Both the position numbers and the translations under genes were made by a program. DNA of 58,948 nucleotides, filler included. It is 5 parts of 5 records of this genome, joined end to end, with 100 filler letters (N's around TTAATTAATTAA, not from the genome) between each part and the next. Parts side by side here need not be neighbours in the genome. Positions count along the whole stretch, not along the records: positions 1 to 14,213 come from SRR2962707_736; positions 14,314 to 20,936 come from SRR2962707_740; 3 more parts are not named here. The stretch is one strand, 5' to 3'. The first letter of the stretch is position 1. Each line of letters starts with the position of its first letter. A model generated the notes under the pieces. That model was not told where the DNA came from and did not search any database. It saw only the letters and a list, made by a program, of their open reading frames with translations. This document shows, piece after piece, positions 10,303-19,544 of the stretch.

Positions 10303-10719
10303 TCAATCGATGTGTACCTCTTTTTTAGGAGGTAGTACTTTTTCGGTTTTGGCAATGGTCAATCGCAATATTCCATCGTCATACCTGGCCTTCATGGCAT
10401 CTTCGTCCACGTTTTCAGGTAAGGTGAAAGACTTAGCAAAAGAGCGGGTTCTAAACTCTCTTCGAGTGTAGTTTTTGGTTTTTTCTTCCTCCTCTTTTTT
10501 TGTCTCTCCACTCACAGTGAGAACACCATTTTCAAGTGTTACATGAAAGTCTTTTTTCTTCATACCTGGCGCAGCTACTTCAATTTCGTAGTTTTCTTCA
10601 TTGTCCACTACGTTGATGGCAGGAGTCCAGTCCCGGGTAAACTTATCTTTCAACCAATCGTCATCAAAAAAATCGGTGAGATTGTTGAGCATTGGGAAAT
10701 CCCTCTTAATAAGCGACAT
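10303..10719 (-). CDS. Hsp20/alpha-crystallin small heat-shock protein
   Basis: PAINV...IEVAAPGMKKKDF...SFTLPENVD...YDDGILRL. Start at MSLIKR (10719). Confidence 0.95.
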   Translation of the reverse strand: MSLIKRDFPMLNNLTDFFDDDWLKDKFTRDWTPAINVVDNEENYEIEVAAPGMKKKDFHVTLENGVLTVSGETKKEEEEKTKNYTRREFRTRSFAKSFTLPENVDEDAMKARYDDGILRLTIAKTEKVLPPKKEVHID

Positions 10720-10789
10720 GTCCTTAACCTTTAATTGTTCAACATTCATTTAACTGTGCAAAGCTCGACGAGGTATTTGAACCAAACAA

Positions 10790-10823
10790 TGAGCTAGTTC
10801 AGGTCAGGGAATGATAGTAATCA
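10790..10823 (-). promoter_or_regulatory. Tandem TGA-N6-TCA boxes upstream of hsp20
   Basis: TGAGCTAGTTCA (10790) and TGATAGTAATCA (10812), 22 bp apart. A -7-like GAGCTTTG lies on the minus strand at 10766-10759. Confidence 0.7.
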
Positions 10824-10831
10824 TCGACACC

Positions 10832-12220
10832 TCAAAGGTGATCGAAAAGGGTATGTGCCTGGAGGTATTCGGGGATTGAAACATTCCATCCTCGCTCCTT
10901 GATCTTAAGGCTTAATGCCTCAGACTCTTCTTTTTCTCCGTGAATCAAATAGGTCATTTTTGGGCCATCAGGCAGATGCCCTGACCAATCCAGCAGTTCT
11001 TGTTGACCGGCATGCGCCGATAGTCCATGCATATTTAAAACATGCGCGTTGACGGGTACTACCTCACCGAAGATCTTAACTGATTTAGCGCCATCTACCA
11101 GTTCTCGGCCTCTACTGCCAACGGCCTGGAATCCGGTGAATAAAACAATGTCTTGTTCATTCTGAAGCCTATGATATAGGTGATGTAGAATCCGCCCCCC
11201 GGTGGCCATACCACTTGCTGAGATGATAATCGCATTGCTTTTGATGGTATTCAATACACGTGACTTACTTTGCTCAGTCACGTAATGCACAAAGGGTGCA
11301 TCAAAGATGTGGTGCCCAAATTCACTGTCAGACTGAAGCCGGTGGAATCGTGTATATCTTTTGTATAAACGAGTTACACTGATAGCCATTGGGCTGTCGA
11401 CGTAAACGGGCCTTGATTTCATGGTTTGGAATACTTTCCAGAGGTAATAAAGAATCAACTGTGTTCTGCCAAGAGAAAAAGCAGGGATGACAATGCAGCC
11501 TCCTTTTCGATCACTTTCCTCGATGATCTTTCGCATCTCTAATTCCATATTCAGTGGCTCATGGTTTCTTGCCCCGTAGGTAGATTCCATGAAAAGAATG
11601 TCGGCCTTTTTGGGAAATTCAGGTGATAGGTGAAGCGGGTTATCGAATGGGCCAAGGTCACCTGAGAATACCAGGATTTTCTCTCCTTGCGGAGTGAAGA
11701 CTTTAACCTCTACGCTTGTGGCACCTAGTATGTGGCCAGCGTGAAAGAATTTTACTTCCACATTGTCATTAACCCGAAAACTACGATGAAATGCATGGGT
11801 GTTGATCGAGGGAAACATTTCTTCAGCTTCTTTGACTGTGTAGAGTGGCTTGGCCGGATGGTGCTTACTGTATCCTTTTTTATTGGCAAATTCTGCTTCT
11901 TCTTCCTGCAGCTTTGCACTGTCAGTGAGCAAAATCTCCACAAGGTCTTTGGTAGGTTCAGTACAATGCACCTTGCCTCCGTATCCATTTTTAAACAACA
12001 ATGGTAAATAACCGGAATGATCGATGTGGGCATGTGTAAGCACGATCGCATCAATGGATGATGGATCAATGGGTAATTCATCCCAGTTCCTCAACCTCAG
12101 CTCTTTCAATCCCTGAAACAAGCCACAGTCGATCAGCAATGAAAAATCATCCACTTCTACCAGATGTTTGGAGCCGGTGACTGAACCTGCTCCACCTAAA
12201 AATTTCACACGTATGTCCAC
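10832..12220 (-). CDS. MBL-fold beta-CASP ribonuclease (RNA-specificity domain)
   Basis: FLGGAGSVTGS, THAHIDHSG, AGHILG, MESTYG, SASGMATGGRILHH, SAHA and HGE motifs. Confidence 0.93.
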   Translation of the reverse strand: MDIRVKFLGGAGSVTGSKHLVEVDDFSLLIDCGLFQGLKELRLRNWDELPIDPSSIDAIVLTHAHIDHSGYLPLLFKNGYGGKVHCTEPTKDLVEILLTDSAKLQEEEAEFANKKGYSKHHPAKPLYTVKEAEEMFPSINTHAFHRSFRVNDNVEVKFFHAGHILGATSVEVKVFTPQGEKILVFSGDLGPFDNPLHLSPEFPKKADILFMESTYGARNHEPLNMELEMRKIIEESDRKGGCIVIPAFSLGRTQLILYYLWKVFQTMKSRPVYVDSPMAISVTRLYKRYTRFHRLQSDSEFGHHIFDAPFVHYVTEQSKSRVLNTIKSNAIIISASGMATGGRILHHLYHRLQNEQDIVLFTGFQAVGSRGRELVDGAKSVKIFGEVVPVNAHVLNMHGLSAHAGQQELLDWSGHLPDGPKMTYLIHGEKEESEALSLKIKERGWNVSIPEYLQAHTLFDHL

Positions 12221-12385
12221 AGGCGGAAGTTAGTAGAAATCTTTAATTCGTGAACCAGCACAGTTAATAAGTCGACATATTGTCTATTCCATCGAATGAT
12301 ATCCGCTGATTGCCGATGTGATTCATATTCAGCGTTGATATTTGCTTGATTTATAATAAATTGGAAGATGTAAACCTGACAACCT

Positions 12386-12949
12386 ATGCTATCTGAATTA
12401 CAAAAAGAAAAGATCTCACATTACTTTCGAGTAGTACTTGATCAGGACAGAAATGGTGTGCTGGAAGCCAACGATTTCAGGGAAATTGGAGAATCCCTCT
12501 GTCTTTTGTGGGAGTTTAAACCGATGACTCCAGAATACGATCGCATCATTAGTGGAAGCATCAAAAGCTGGGAAATGTTCAGGGACCACTTCATGAGCCA
12601 GGGAGAAGAAGCAAACGAGCAACAGTTTATAAGATTCTATGAGAAAATGCTTAGTCCGGGTGGCGAACAACTTTACAAGCAATTTGTAAGTGAGTCTGTG
12701 GGAGGCATTTTCGATGCATTTGACATCAATAAAGATGGTGTCATCTCTACTGATGAGTATTCAGATATGTTCATGTGCTACCACATTCCAATCAAATATT
12801 CTGCAAAAGCATTCGTAAAACTGGATCGTGACGGAGATGATTTCATCACCAAGGAGGAGTTGATGGCCGCAGTGGATGAATTCTTTAAATCCAGTGATGA
12901 AAAGGCTCCAGGTAACTGGCTCTTTGGCTTCTGGGGCGACAAAGACTAG
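12386..12949 (+). CDS. EF-hand protein, calerythrin/sarcoplasmic Ca-binding protein-like
   Basis: EF loops DQDRNGVLEAND, DINKDGVISTDE and DRDGDDFITKEE, plus C-terminal PGNWLFG. Confidence 0.85.
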   Translation: MLSELQKEKISHYFRVVLDQDRNGVLEANDFREIGESLCLLWEFKPMTPEYDRIISGSIKSWEMFRDHFMSQGEEANEQQFIRFYEKMLSPGGEQLYKQFVSESVGGIFDAFDINKDGVISTDEYSDMFMCYHIPIKYSAKAFVKLDRDGDDFITKEELMAAVDEFFKSSDEKAPGNWLFGFWGDKD

Positions 12950-12959
12950 CACCTATTTC

Positions 12960-13012
12960 TGACCAATCTTTTACTACATCCTGACCAACATCATGTTTCA
13001 TGATTGACTTCA
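12960..13012 (+). promoter_or_regulatory. TGA-N6-TCA boxes upstream of osmC
   Basis: TGACCAATCTTT (12960), TGACCAACATCA (12982) and TGATTGACTTCA (13001). A -7-like GATAATTG is at 13017. Confidence 0.6.
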
Positions 13013-13047
13013 GAGGGATAATTGCATTCAATTAAATCTGAAGTAAA

Positions 13048-13500
13048 ATGGAACCACATTATTACAATGTCAATATCAATTGGGATAGGGATCGCAAGGG
13101 AGTTATGTGCTCACCTGAGTTAAATCAGGAATCAAAGATTTGTGTGGATGTAGCCACGCCCCCCCAATTCCCCAAAGGCATGCCCGGAATTTGGTCACCT
13201 GAACACCTGTTTACAGCAGCGGTCAGTAGCTGTTTAATGACAACCTTCCTGGCCATAGCCGAAAATTTCAAATTGGAGTTCAAAAGTTTTAAGTGTGAAT
13301 CGAAAGGTAAGCTGGATAAAGTAGATGGCAAGTTCATGATGTCTGAGATCACGCTATTACCCGTAGTGACCATTGCTGATGAATCCATGCGGGAGCTTGC
13401 TCTGAAGGTATTGGACAAATCAGAGAATGCCTGTCTGATTACGAATTCAGTAAAATCGAAAGTGACAATGGAGCCAAAGATTGAGGTGGTACCATCTTAA
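13048..13500 (+). CDS. OsmC family protein
   Basis: TPPQFPKG...WSPEHLFTAAVSSCLMTTF...CLITNS, with two conserved Cys. Confidence 0.92.
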   Translation: MEPHYYNVNINWDRDRKGVMCSPELNQESKICVDVATPPQFPKGMPGIWSPEHLFTAAVSSCLMTTFLAIAENFKLEFKSFKCESKGKLDKVDGKFMMSEITLLPVVTIADESMRELALKVLDKSENACLITNSVKSKVTMEPKIEVVPS

Positions 13501-13625
13501 GTGGTGTATCTGAAAGATAAAATTGTACTTATTTCAGGGTTCTTTGGCAACCCGACCTTCTCTATTTAAATTAACAGAAACCTAACTGCGGAAGAGTATT
13601 GATGTGCTATGACGTTAAAAATGGA

Positions 13626-13690
13626 TGACAAAAATCACCCGTTTTCCTAACACCTCTCATTAACAGCACTTCATGTCTCCGCTAATCTTG
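13626..13690 (+). promoter_or_regulatory. ccoS/ccoN promoter with tandem FNR-like boxes
   Basis: TGACAAAAATCA (13626), TAACACCTCTCA (13648) and a -7-like TAATCTTG (13683). Confidence 0.65.
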
Positions 13691-13701
13691 CTAAGCGGAT
13701 T

Positions 13702-13914
13702 ATGAGTGTCATTTTTATCCTTATCGCCTGTAGCCTGCTTCTAGCCGGCAGTTTTCTCGCAGCATTTCTGTGGGCATCTAAATCCGGGCAGTTTGAGGAT
13801 GATTACACCCCTTCCGTCAGAATCCTGTTTGAAGAGGATCAGGCGAGTACCGCACACAACAGTTCAAGTATTAAACCTAATGACCAATGTCAGAAAACAA
13901 CGAAAAAACAGTAG
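13702..13914 (+). CDS. ccoS: cbb3-type cytochrome oxidase assembly protein
   Basis: MSVIFILIACSLL...FLWASKSGQFEDDYTPSVRILFE, immediately before ccoN. Confidence 0.93.
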   Translation: MSVIFILIACSLLLAGSFLAAFLWASKSGQFEDDYTPSVRILFEEDQASTAHNSSSIKPNDQCQKTTKKQ

Positions 13915-14213
13915 GTCTTGAGACCTTCCATTATGACAACACCACGGTCCGAAATTTCCTGATTGCGACAGTAGTATTCGGGATTATCGGGATGACAGTG
14001 GGGCTTTTGGTTGCCACGCAGTTTGTGTGGCCGGAAGCAAACTTCGGGTTACAATACACCACGTTTGGACGGGTAAGGCCACTGCACACCAATGCAGTGA
14101 TTTTTGCTTTCGTAGGGAACGGAATCTTCGCTGGGGTGTATTACTCCCTGCAGCGACTTTGTAAAACGAGGATGTTTAGTGACCTGCTGAGCAAGATCCA
14201 CTTCTGGGGATGG
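13887..14213 (+). CDS. ccoN: cbb3-type cytochrome c oxidase subunit I (3'-truncated at contig end)
   Basis: FGRVRPLHTNAVIFAFVGN...YYSLQRLCK...IHFWGW. Confidence 0.95.
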
Positions 14214-14313
14214 NNNNNNNNNNNNNNNNNNNNNNNNNNNNNNNNNNNNNNNNNNNNTTAATTAATTAANNNNNNNNNNNNNNNNNNNNNNNNNNNNNNN
14301 NNNNNNNNNNNNN
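14214..14313. other. Artificial contig linker
   Basis: 100 nt: N-run, TTAATTAATTAA (stops in all frames), N-run. Confidence 0.98.
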
Positions 14314-14868
14314 TCTACAGAAATTAAAGACGAAACCATTGCTACAGCAGACATTGCTGATGAGGCTATAACTACTGCTAAAATTAAAAATGGTACGGCA
14401 AATCAAATACTTACTACTAATGCCGCAGGAGATGGTGTTGAATGGAAAGAGCAAACAGCTTCAAGTATAAGTTTAGATACAGAATTAGATGTTGATGGAG
14501 ATGGAACTAATGAAACTAATACAAATGAAGCAATATCAGCTATGTCAAAAGTAACCGCTAAAGCAGCAAGAATTTTCTATCCCCCGTCGATAGCGTTAAA
14601 TGCATCTGCAGTTTCAACTGGAAATACGAGAGACCTACATGAAGATTATGTAAGCCAATACGGTTCGCCAATGGTTTCAAGTACTAGTGCTCCTTCTAGT
14701 GGGATTCCCACTTATGGTGAAGACGAATTGTATTACTATGTAACTTATTACGACACGGATGTATTTGAAAATGTATCTATTTCAGATACTGGAGTTTTAA
14801 GTTATGATATAAAGGCAGTGCCTTCTGACTACAACTCGCTTATCAACGTAGTTTTTGTTGTAAAATAA
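14314..14868 (+). CDS. C-terminal fragment of a repetitive Flavobacteriaceae surface protein (5'-truncated)
   Basis: Frame is open from 14314: STEIKDETIATADIADEAITTAKI short repeats, then FYPPSI...LYYYVTYYD...INVVFVVK. Confidence 0.8.
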   Translation, partial: STEIKDETIATADIADEAITTAKIKNGTANQILTTNAAGDGVEWKEQTASSISLDTELDVDGDGTNETNTNEAISAMSKVTAKAARIFYPPSIALNASAVSTGNTRDLHEDYVSQYGSPMVSSTSAPSSGIPTYGEDELYYYVTYYDTDVFENVSISDTGVLSYDIKAVPSDYNSLINVVFVVK

Positions 14869-14899
14869 TTGTTTGATAAAAATCTAAAAAAAAATCATT

Positions 14900-17200
14900 T
14901 TGAAATATCAAAATATACATATCAAACAGTTTTTGTTCGGCTTATTTTTATTGCTGACATTCCAAATGCAGGCACAATTTATATTGGAAGCTCCAAAAAC
15001 AAGTGTCGAAAATGGAGTTATTAGTAATTATAAATGGTATGTGCAGGATGGAATGGAAGAAAATGGAGGAGACGCTGTATGGTTACCTTCTTCTCAAGAT
15101 GGAGACCACCTTCTGGAAGTAAAAATTCCAGGTGTTTATTACGCTACTTATGATGGTACTAAATGTGGTAAAAATGCTACTTCATATTTTGTAGTTACGT
15201 ATTGCAATTCTCCAGCCAATGAGGTTGCATTAAATGTAGCTGGTAGTGTTGGAACTAATGCAGCAGTAACTTGGAATGAAGGTCTTAGCGGACTTTCGCC
15301 TACCGTAAAAGCAGGGACTACATATATTGAATATATAGCTACGCTTCAAAAAGGGGGGAGTGCTAAACAACTACCTACTTTTACCGTAGTTTGCCTTAGA
15401 AATGAATTCCAATTGGTGGACGATGTAGTAGCTTCCGTAGCAACTACAGGAACTACTATTAATATGCTAGAGAACGATTCTGATATTCCAACTATTGGGG
15501 TAATAGAAGTAACAAAAGCACAATATGGAACGGTTGTACTTAATCAAAATGAAACATCAGAGAATCCTAATGATGACACCATTACCTATATTCCAGGGAG
15601 TAATTTTAAAGGGCAAGATGAATTTACCTATTCGTTATCGGTTTTAAATACCGATGGTTCACCTATGACAGATACTGCTACAATTACCATCAATGCTTTG
15701 TATGCTGAAGATGATAGTTTGGATGTTTTGCAAGATAGTAGTCCTGGGGTATCAAATCAAATAGATGTAAGGGAGAATGATAATATTGGAGCTACTGGAA
15801 GTAGCGGAAATGATTATCAATATAATACAGATGCAAGTAACGGAACTGTTGTAGAAGTTTCTGATGGAGTATTTGAATATATCCCAAATCCAAGTTTTAA
15901 TGGAAATGACCGTTTTAGTTATACGCTAACAGATGCTAATGGAAACCAAACTACAGCTGTAGTTAGAGTTACAATAGTTGAAGTTACAGATAATTCAGCC
16001 AACGATGCCCCAGTTGCTGTGGACGATTTTTATGTGTTTGATGGAGAATCATTGATTATGGATGTGCTGGTAAACGATACAGACCCAGATGGAGACGCCT
16101 TGTCTATTTACGACTATGTGTTGCCTGCACACGGACTTGTAGAGTTTAATCCTAATGACAATGCAACGCTTATTTATACGTCGGAACCAGGTTTTGTAGG
16201 AGAGGATAGCTTTACTTATACTGTATCAGATGGGAATGGTGGTTTTGATACTGCAACAGTTCATGTTGATGTAAGTGATGGAAATGACGATAGAGATGAT
16301 ATTGCTGAAAATGATAATGTAACTACAGATGAAGATACAGTAATTACTATTAAGGTTTTGGATAATGATAATGTTGATTGGGTTTCAAATTTTTCAATAG
16401 AAGTTGATACCCCAATTTACGGAACAGCAATTAAAAATGCTGATAATACAATTACTTATACTCCCGAGTCCGATTTTGTAGGAAACGATACTTTTGAATA
16501 TAGTATAAACTATACAAATATTGATGGGGTAATGGAGTCTTCTTCAGCTACTGTTCTCATAAAAGTGAATGCTGTGGTAGATGTGGTAGACGATTTATAT
16601 TATGTTGACTCTTCAAATCCTTCAGAAGTAATTTTTAATGTTTTAGAAAACGATGCTTTCAATGAAAATTTAAACTTAGTTATTTCAAGTATAGGGACGC
16701 CTGGAAATGGTGTTGCTACTATAAATTCTGACAACACAATTTCATATGTTGTTGATGCAAATTATGAAGGACAAGATGTTTTTAGTTATGTAGTAGATGT
16801 TATCCATTCCGATGGAAGTATTAATTTTGAAAGAGGTTTTATAACTGTAAATGCAGAGCCATTAAACCCAGCTCCACCTCCGCCACCAGCACCAGAAGAA
16901 GATTTGCAAATTCATCAATTAGTATCGCCTAATGGAGATGGAAGAAACGATTTTTTTAAAATTGGTGGGATTGAATTATATCCTCAAAACTCAGTTAAGA
17001 TTTTTAATAGATGGGGAGTATTAGTCTTCGAAACGGAAGGTTATGGACAGAGTACTAATCATTTTAACGGGTATTCACAGGGGAGAATTACCATAGGTCA
17101 AAATAATAAATTACCAGTTGGAACATATTATTATGCAATAGAATATGTTAAAGACCAAACCACAAAGAGTACAGCTGGATATCTATATATCAATTATTAG
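14900..17200 (+). CDS. T9SS type-B CTD (gliding-motility-associated C-terminal domain) protein with cadherin/Ig-like repeats
   Basis: Signal peptide, repeated xxDD...ND...G.D.F.Y Ig-like units, a Pro linker, and C-terminal SPNGDGRNDFF...IFNRWG...GTYYY...GYLYINY. Confidence 0.92.
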   Translation: MKYQNIHIKQFLFGLFLLLTFQMQAQFILEAPKTSVENGVISNYKWYVQDGMEENGGDAVWLPSSQDGDHLLEVKIPGVYYATYDGTKCGKNATSYFVVTYCNSPANEVALNVAGSVGTNAAVTWNEGLSGLSPTVKAGTTYIEYIATLQKGGSAKQLPTFTVVCLRNEFQLVDDVVASVATTGTTINMLENDSDIPTIGVIEVTKAQYGTVVLNQNETSENPNDDTITYIPGSNFKGQDEFTYSLSVLNTDGSPMTDTATITINALYAEDDSLDVLQDSSPGVSNQIDVRENDNIGATGSSGNDYQYNTDASNGTVVEVSDGVFEYIPNPSFNGNDRFSYTLTDANGNQTTAVVRVTIVEVTDNSANDAPVAVDDFYVFDGESLIMDVLVNDTDPDGDALSIYDYVLPAHGLVEFNPNDNATLIYTSEPGFVGEDSFTYTVSDGNGGFDTATVHVDVSDGNDDRDDIAENDNVTTDEDTVITIKVLDNDNVDWVSNFSIEVDTPIYGTAIKNADNTITYTPESDFVGNDTFEYSINYTNIDGVMESSSATVLIKVNAVVDVVDDLYYVDSSNPSEVIFNVLENDAFNENLNLVISSIGTPGNGVATINSDNTISYVVDANYEGQDVFSYVVDVIHSDGSINFERGFITVNAEPLNPAPPPPPAPEEDLQIHQLVSPNGDGRNDFFKIGGIELYPQNSVKIFNRWGVLVFETEGYGQSTNHFNGYSQGRITIGQNNKLPVGTYYYAIEYVKDQTTKSTAGYLYINY

Positions 17201-17203
17201 GAG

Positions 17204-18163
17204 ATGAACAATTTGAAGCGTAATAATTTTTTAATAGTGTTGTTTATTCTTACGGCATTAAATTCTGTTTATTCACAGCAAGATGCGCAGTATACTCAAT
17301 ATATGTATAATACCATGAGCATAAATCCTGCCTATGCGGGGAGTAGAGGAATGTTTAGTGCTACAGCTTTATACCGTAATCAATGGTTAGGTTTAGATGG
17401 AGCGCCACAAACGCAAACGCTTAATGTGCATTCGCCAATTAGAGATAGTAGATTAGGAGTTGGCTTGTCTATAATTAATGATAAATTAGGTGAAGGGGTT
17501 ACTCAAGAAACCTTTTTTGATGCGAATATTTCATACACTATCCAAACTTCCTACCAAGGGAATTTATCTTTTGGATTGAAAGTGGGAGGTAGCTTATTGA
17601 ATATTGATTTTACAAAGCTTAATCAATATGATGATGTGGAACTTACAGGACAAAACAATATCGATAATAAGTTCTCGCCAAATATAGGGGCTGGAATTTA
17701 TTACCATGCCGATAAATATTATGTTGGACTTTCTGTTCCTAATATGCTTACTACAGAGTATTTTGATGAATCTAACAATTCCAATAGTAGCACGTCTTAT
17801 GTGGCTACTTCTAGAATTCATTATTATTTAATGGGGGGCTATGTTTTTGATTTAAATTATGATTGGCAATTTAAGCCTACAGTATTGACCAAATATGTTT
17901 CTGGAGCACCCTTGCAAGTAGATGTATCTGCTAATTTTATGTATAACGAAAGTGTTTCTTTTGGTGTAGGATACAGATTGGATGCAGCAGTAACCGCTAT
18001 GATTGCTTTTCAGTTAAACGAATCTTTAGCTATTGGAATGGCTTATGACCGAGAAGTAACAGCATTAGGAGGAACTCAGTTTAATAATGGAACTATGGAA
18101 ATTTTCCTTAGATATGAGTTTTCTAGAAATTACAGAAGAGTTACTGCTCCAAGATTTTTCTAA
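17204..18163 (+). CDS. PorP/SprF family T9SS membrane protein
   Basis: QQDAQYTQYMYN...INPAYAG...YRNQW...PRFF, directly after a type-B CTD gene. Confidence 0.95.
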   Translation: MNNLKRNNFLIVLFILTALNSVYSQQDAQYTQYMYNTMSINPAYAGSRGMFSATALYRNQWLGLDGAPQTQTLNVHSPIRDSRLGVGLSIINDKLGEGVTQETFFDANISYTIQTSYQGNLSFGLKVGGSLLNIDFTKLNQYDDVELTGQNNIDNKFSPNIGAGIYYHADKYYVGLSVPNMLTTEYFDESNNSNSSTSYVATSRIHYYLMGGYVFDLNYDWQFKPTVLTKYVSGAPLQVDVSANFMYNESVSFGVGYRLDAAVTAMIAFQLNESLAIGMAYDREVTALGGTQFNNGTMEIFLRYEFSRNYRRVTAPRFF

Positions 18164-18175
18164 GTAATAAGGTGT

Positions 18176-18278
18176 AACTTTTTAATCCCATACAGAAGGT
18201 ATAATGCTTCAAAGCCTGTTCCGGACTTACCATTGGACTCTGCGTTTGAATATCTTGTGATTTTGCTTCGGGGTAGTT
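18176..18278 (-). ncRNA. ssrS: 6S RNA (Flavobacterial type)
   Basis: The minus strand AACUACCCCGAAG...UUCAAA...UCC-AAUGGUAAGUCC-GGA...UUUGAA...CUUC..GGG..AGUU folds into a rod with a central bubble. It resembles the 6S-Flavo motif as I recall it. Confidence 0.65.
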
Positions 18279-18360
18279 GATTTTAGATGAAATTATTGAT
18301 TGCTTCAATTTAAAATAATATAGCGTTACTATAAAAAAAACTCTAAAAAGGGTTTAGCTG

Positions 18361-18387
18361 AAAAATCTCACAACAAGTGGGATTTTT
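18361..18387. terminator. Hairpin/terminator-like inverted repeat
   Basis: AAAAATCTCAC-AACAA-GTGGGATTTTT. Confidence 0.5.
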
Positions 18388-18483
18388 TGTTTTATGATAT
18401 GGTTAACCATTTTTGTAGATTTGTTGTGCTATTTTACGGCAGATTGAAAAGAAACCAATCATCCTTTGAAAGAAAAATGCTAA

Positions 18484-19020
18484 ATGGAAAAAGAAAAAGT
18501 TATTTTGGTTGATGCAAATGATCAGCAAATTGGATTAATGGAAAAGATTGAAGCACATGAAAAAGCGCTGCTTCATAGAGCTTTTTCAGTTTTTGTCTTT
18601 AATGATGCTGGGGAAACCATGGTTCAACAACGTGCGGCTCATAAATACCATTCTCCAGGCTTGTGGACAAATACCTGTTGCAGTCACCAAAGAGAAGGAG
18701 AAAGTAATATTGAAGCAGGAAAACGTCGTTTGCAAGAAGAAATGGGTTTTACAACAGACCTTGAAGAAGTTTTGTCATTTATATACCATGCTCCTTTTGA
18801 TAATGGATTAACAGAACATGAATACGATCATATTTTGGTAGGTAAGTATAATGAAGAACCAAAAATTAATCCTGATGAAGTAGCAAGCTGGAAATGGATG
18901 TCTTTAAAAGATATTAAAAAAGATATGCAGGTTAATCCTGATGAGTATACAGCTTGGTTTAAAATAATATTTGAAAAATTCTACCTTCATATTGAAGAAC
19001 AATCTAGTGCTATATCATGA
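18484..19020 (+). CDS. idi: Isopentenyl-diphosphate delta-isomerase type 1
   Basis: AHEKALLHRAFSVF, WTNTCCSH and EHEYDH motifs. Confidence 0.96.
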   Translation: MEKEKVILVDANDQQIGLMEKIEAHEKALLHRAFSVFVFNDAGETMVQQRAAHKYHSPGLWTNTCCSHQREGESNIEAGKRRLQEEMGFTTDLEEVLSFIYHAPFDNGLTEHEYDHILVGKYNEEPKINPDEVASWKWMSLKDIKKDMQVNPDEYTAWFKIIFEKFYLHIEEQSSAIS

Positions 19021-19108
19021 AATGCCTATTAACAAATTTGGAAAACCAACCAATTATGATAGTCAAGAGCATTATAGCTGACCATTGAAAAACAATAAAT
19101 AGTAACAG

Positions 19109-19516
19109 ATGAACTTAAAAGTTAGTAGAAAAGCTCATTTTAATGCAGCTCATAGATTGTTTCGTCCAGATTGGGACGACGATAAAAATAAAGCTGTATT
19201 TGGAAAATGCAGCAATCCTAATTATCACGGTCATAACTACGATTTAATTGTAAGTGTAAAAGGAGAAATTGATCCTGAAACTGGATTTGTAATCGACTTA
19301 AAAATATTAAAAGAGCTTATCGAAAGAGAAGTTGAAGATCATTTAGATCATAAAAATCTTAATATTGAAGTTCCAGAATTTAAAACCTTAAATCCAACCG
19401 TAGAAAATATAGCTATTGTAATTTACAATCGGTTAAAACCTTTTTTAGAGGAATTTGAATTGGAGGTTGTGCTATATGAAACACCAAGAAATTATGTTAC
19501 CTATACAGGGGCTTAA
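19109..19516 (+). CDS. queD: 6-pyruvoyl-tetrahydropterin synthase / 6-carboxytetrahydropterin synthase
   Basis: FNAAHRL...FGKCSNPNYHGHNY...LDHKNLN...PTVENIA...ETPRN. Confidence 0.9.
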   Translation: MNLKVSRKAHFNAAHRLFRPDWDDDKNKAVFGKCSNPNYHGHNYDLIVSVKGEIDPETGFVIDLKILKELIEREVEDHLDHKNLNIEVPEFKTLNPTVENIAIVIYNRLKPFLEEFELEVVLYETPRNYVTYTGA

Positions 19517-19544
19517 TAATTATTAATAAAGCGTTTATATAAAA

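Noticed and set aside
12251-12331. TGA starts at 12297 and 12319 (22 bp apart) upstream of the EF-hand gene
   Set aside because: The right half-sites are poor and spacing to the -7-like element does not fit, so they are not counted in the regulon.
162-12952. Short antisense or nested ORFs within the bacterial genes
   Set aside because: They overlap well-supported CDSs on the other strand or frame and show no motifs.
14214-14313. Repeated TTAATTAATTAA within N-runs (four copies) as a biological repeat
   Set aside because: These are identical 100-nt six-frame-stop spacers used to concatenate contigs. Adjacency across them is meaningless.
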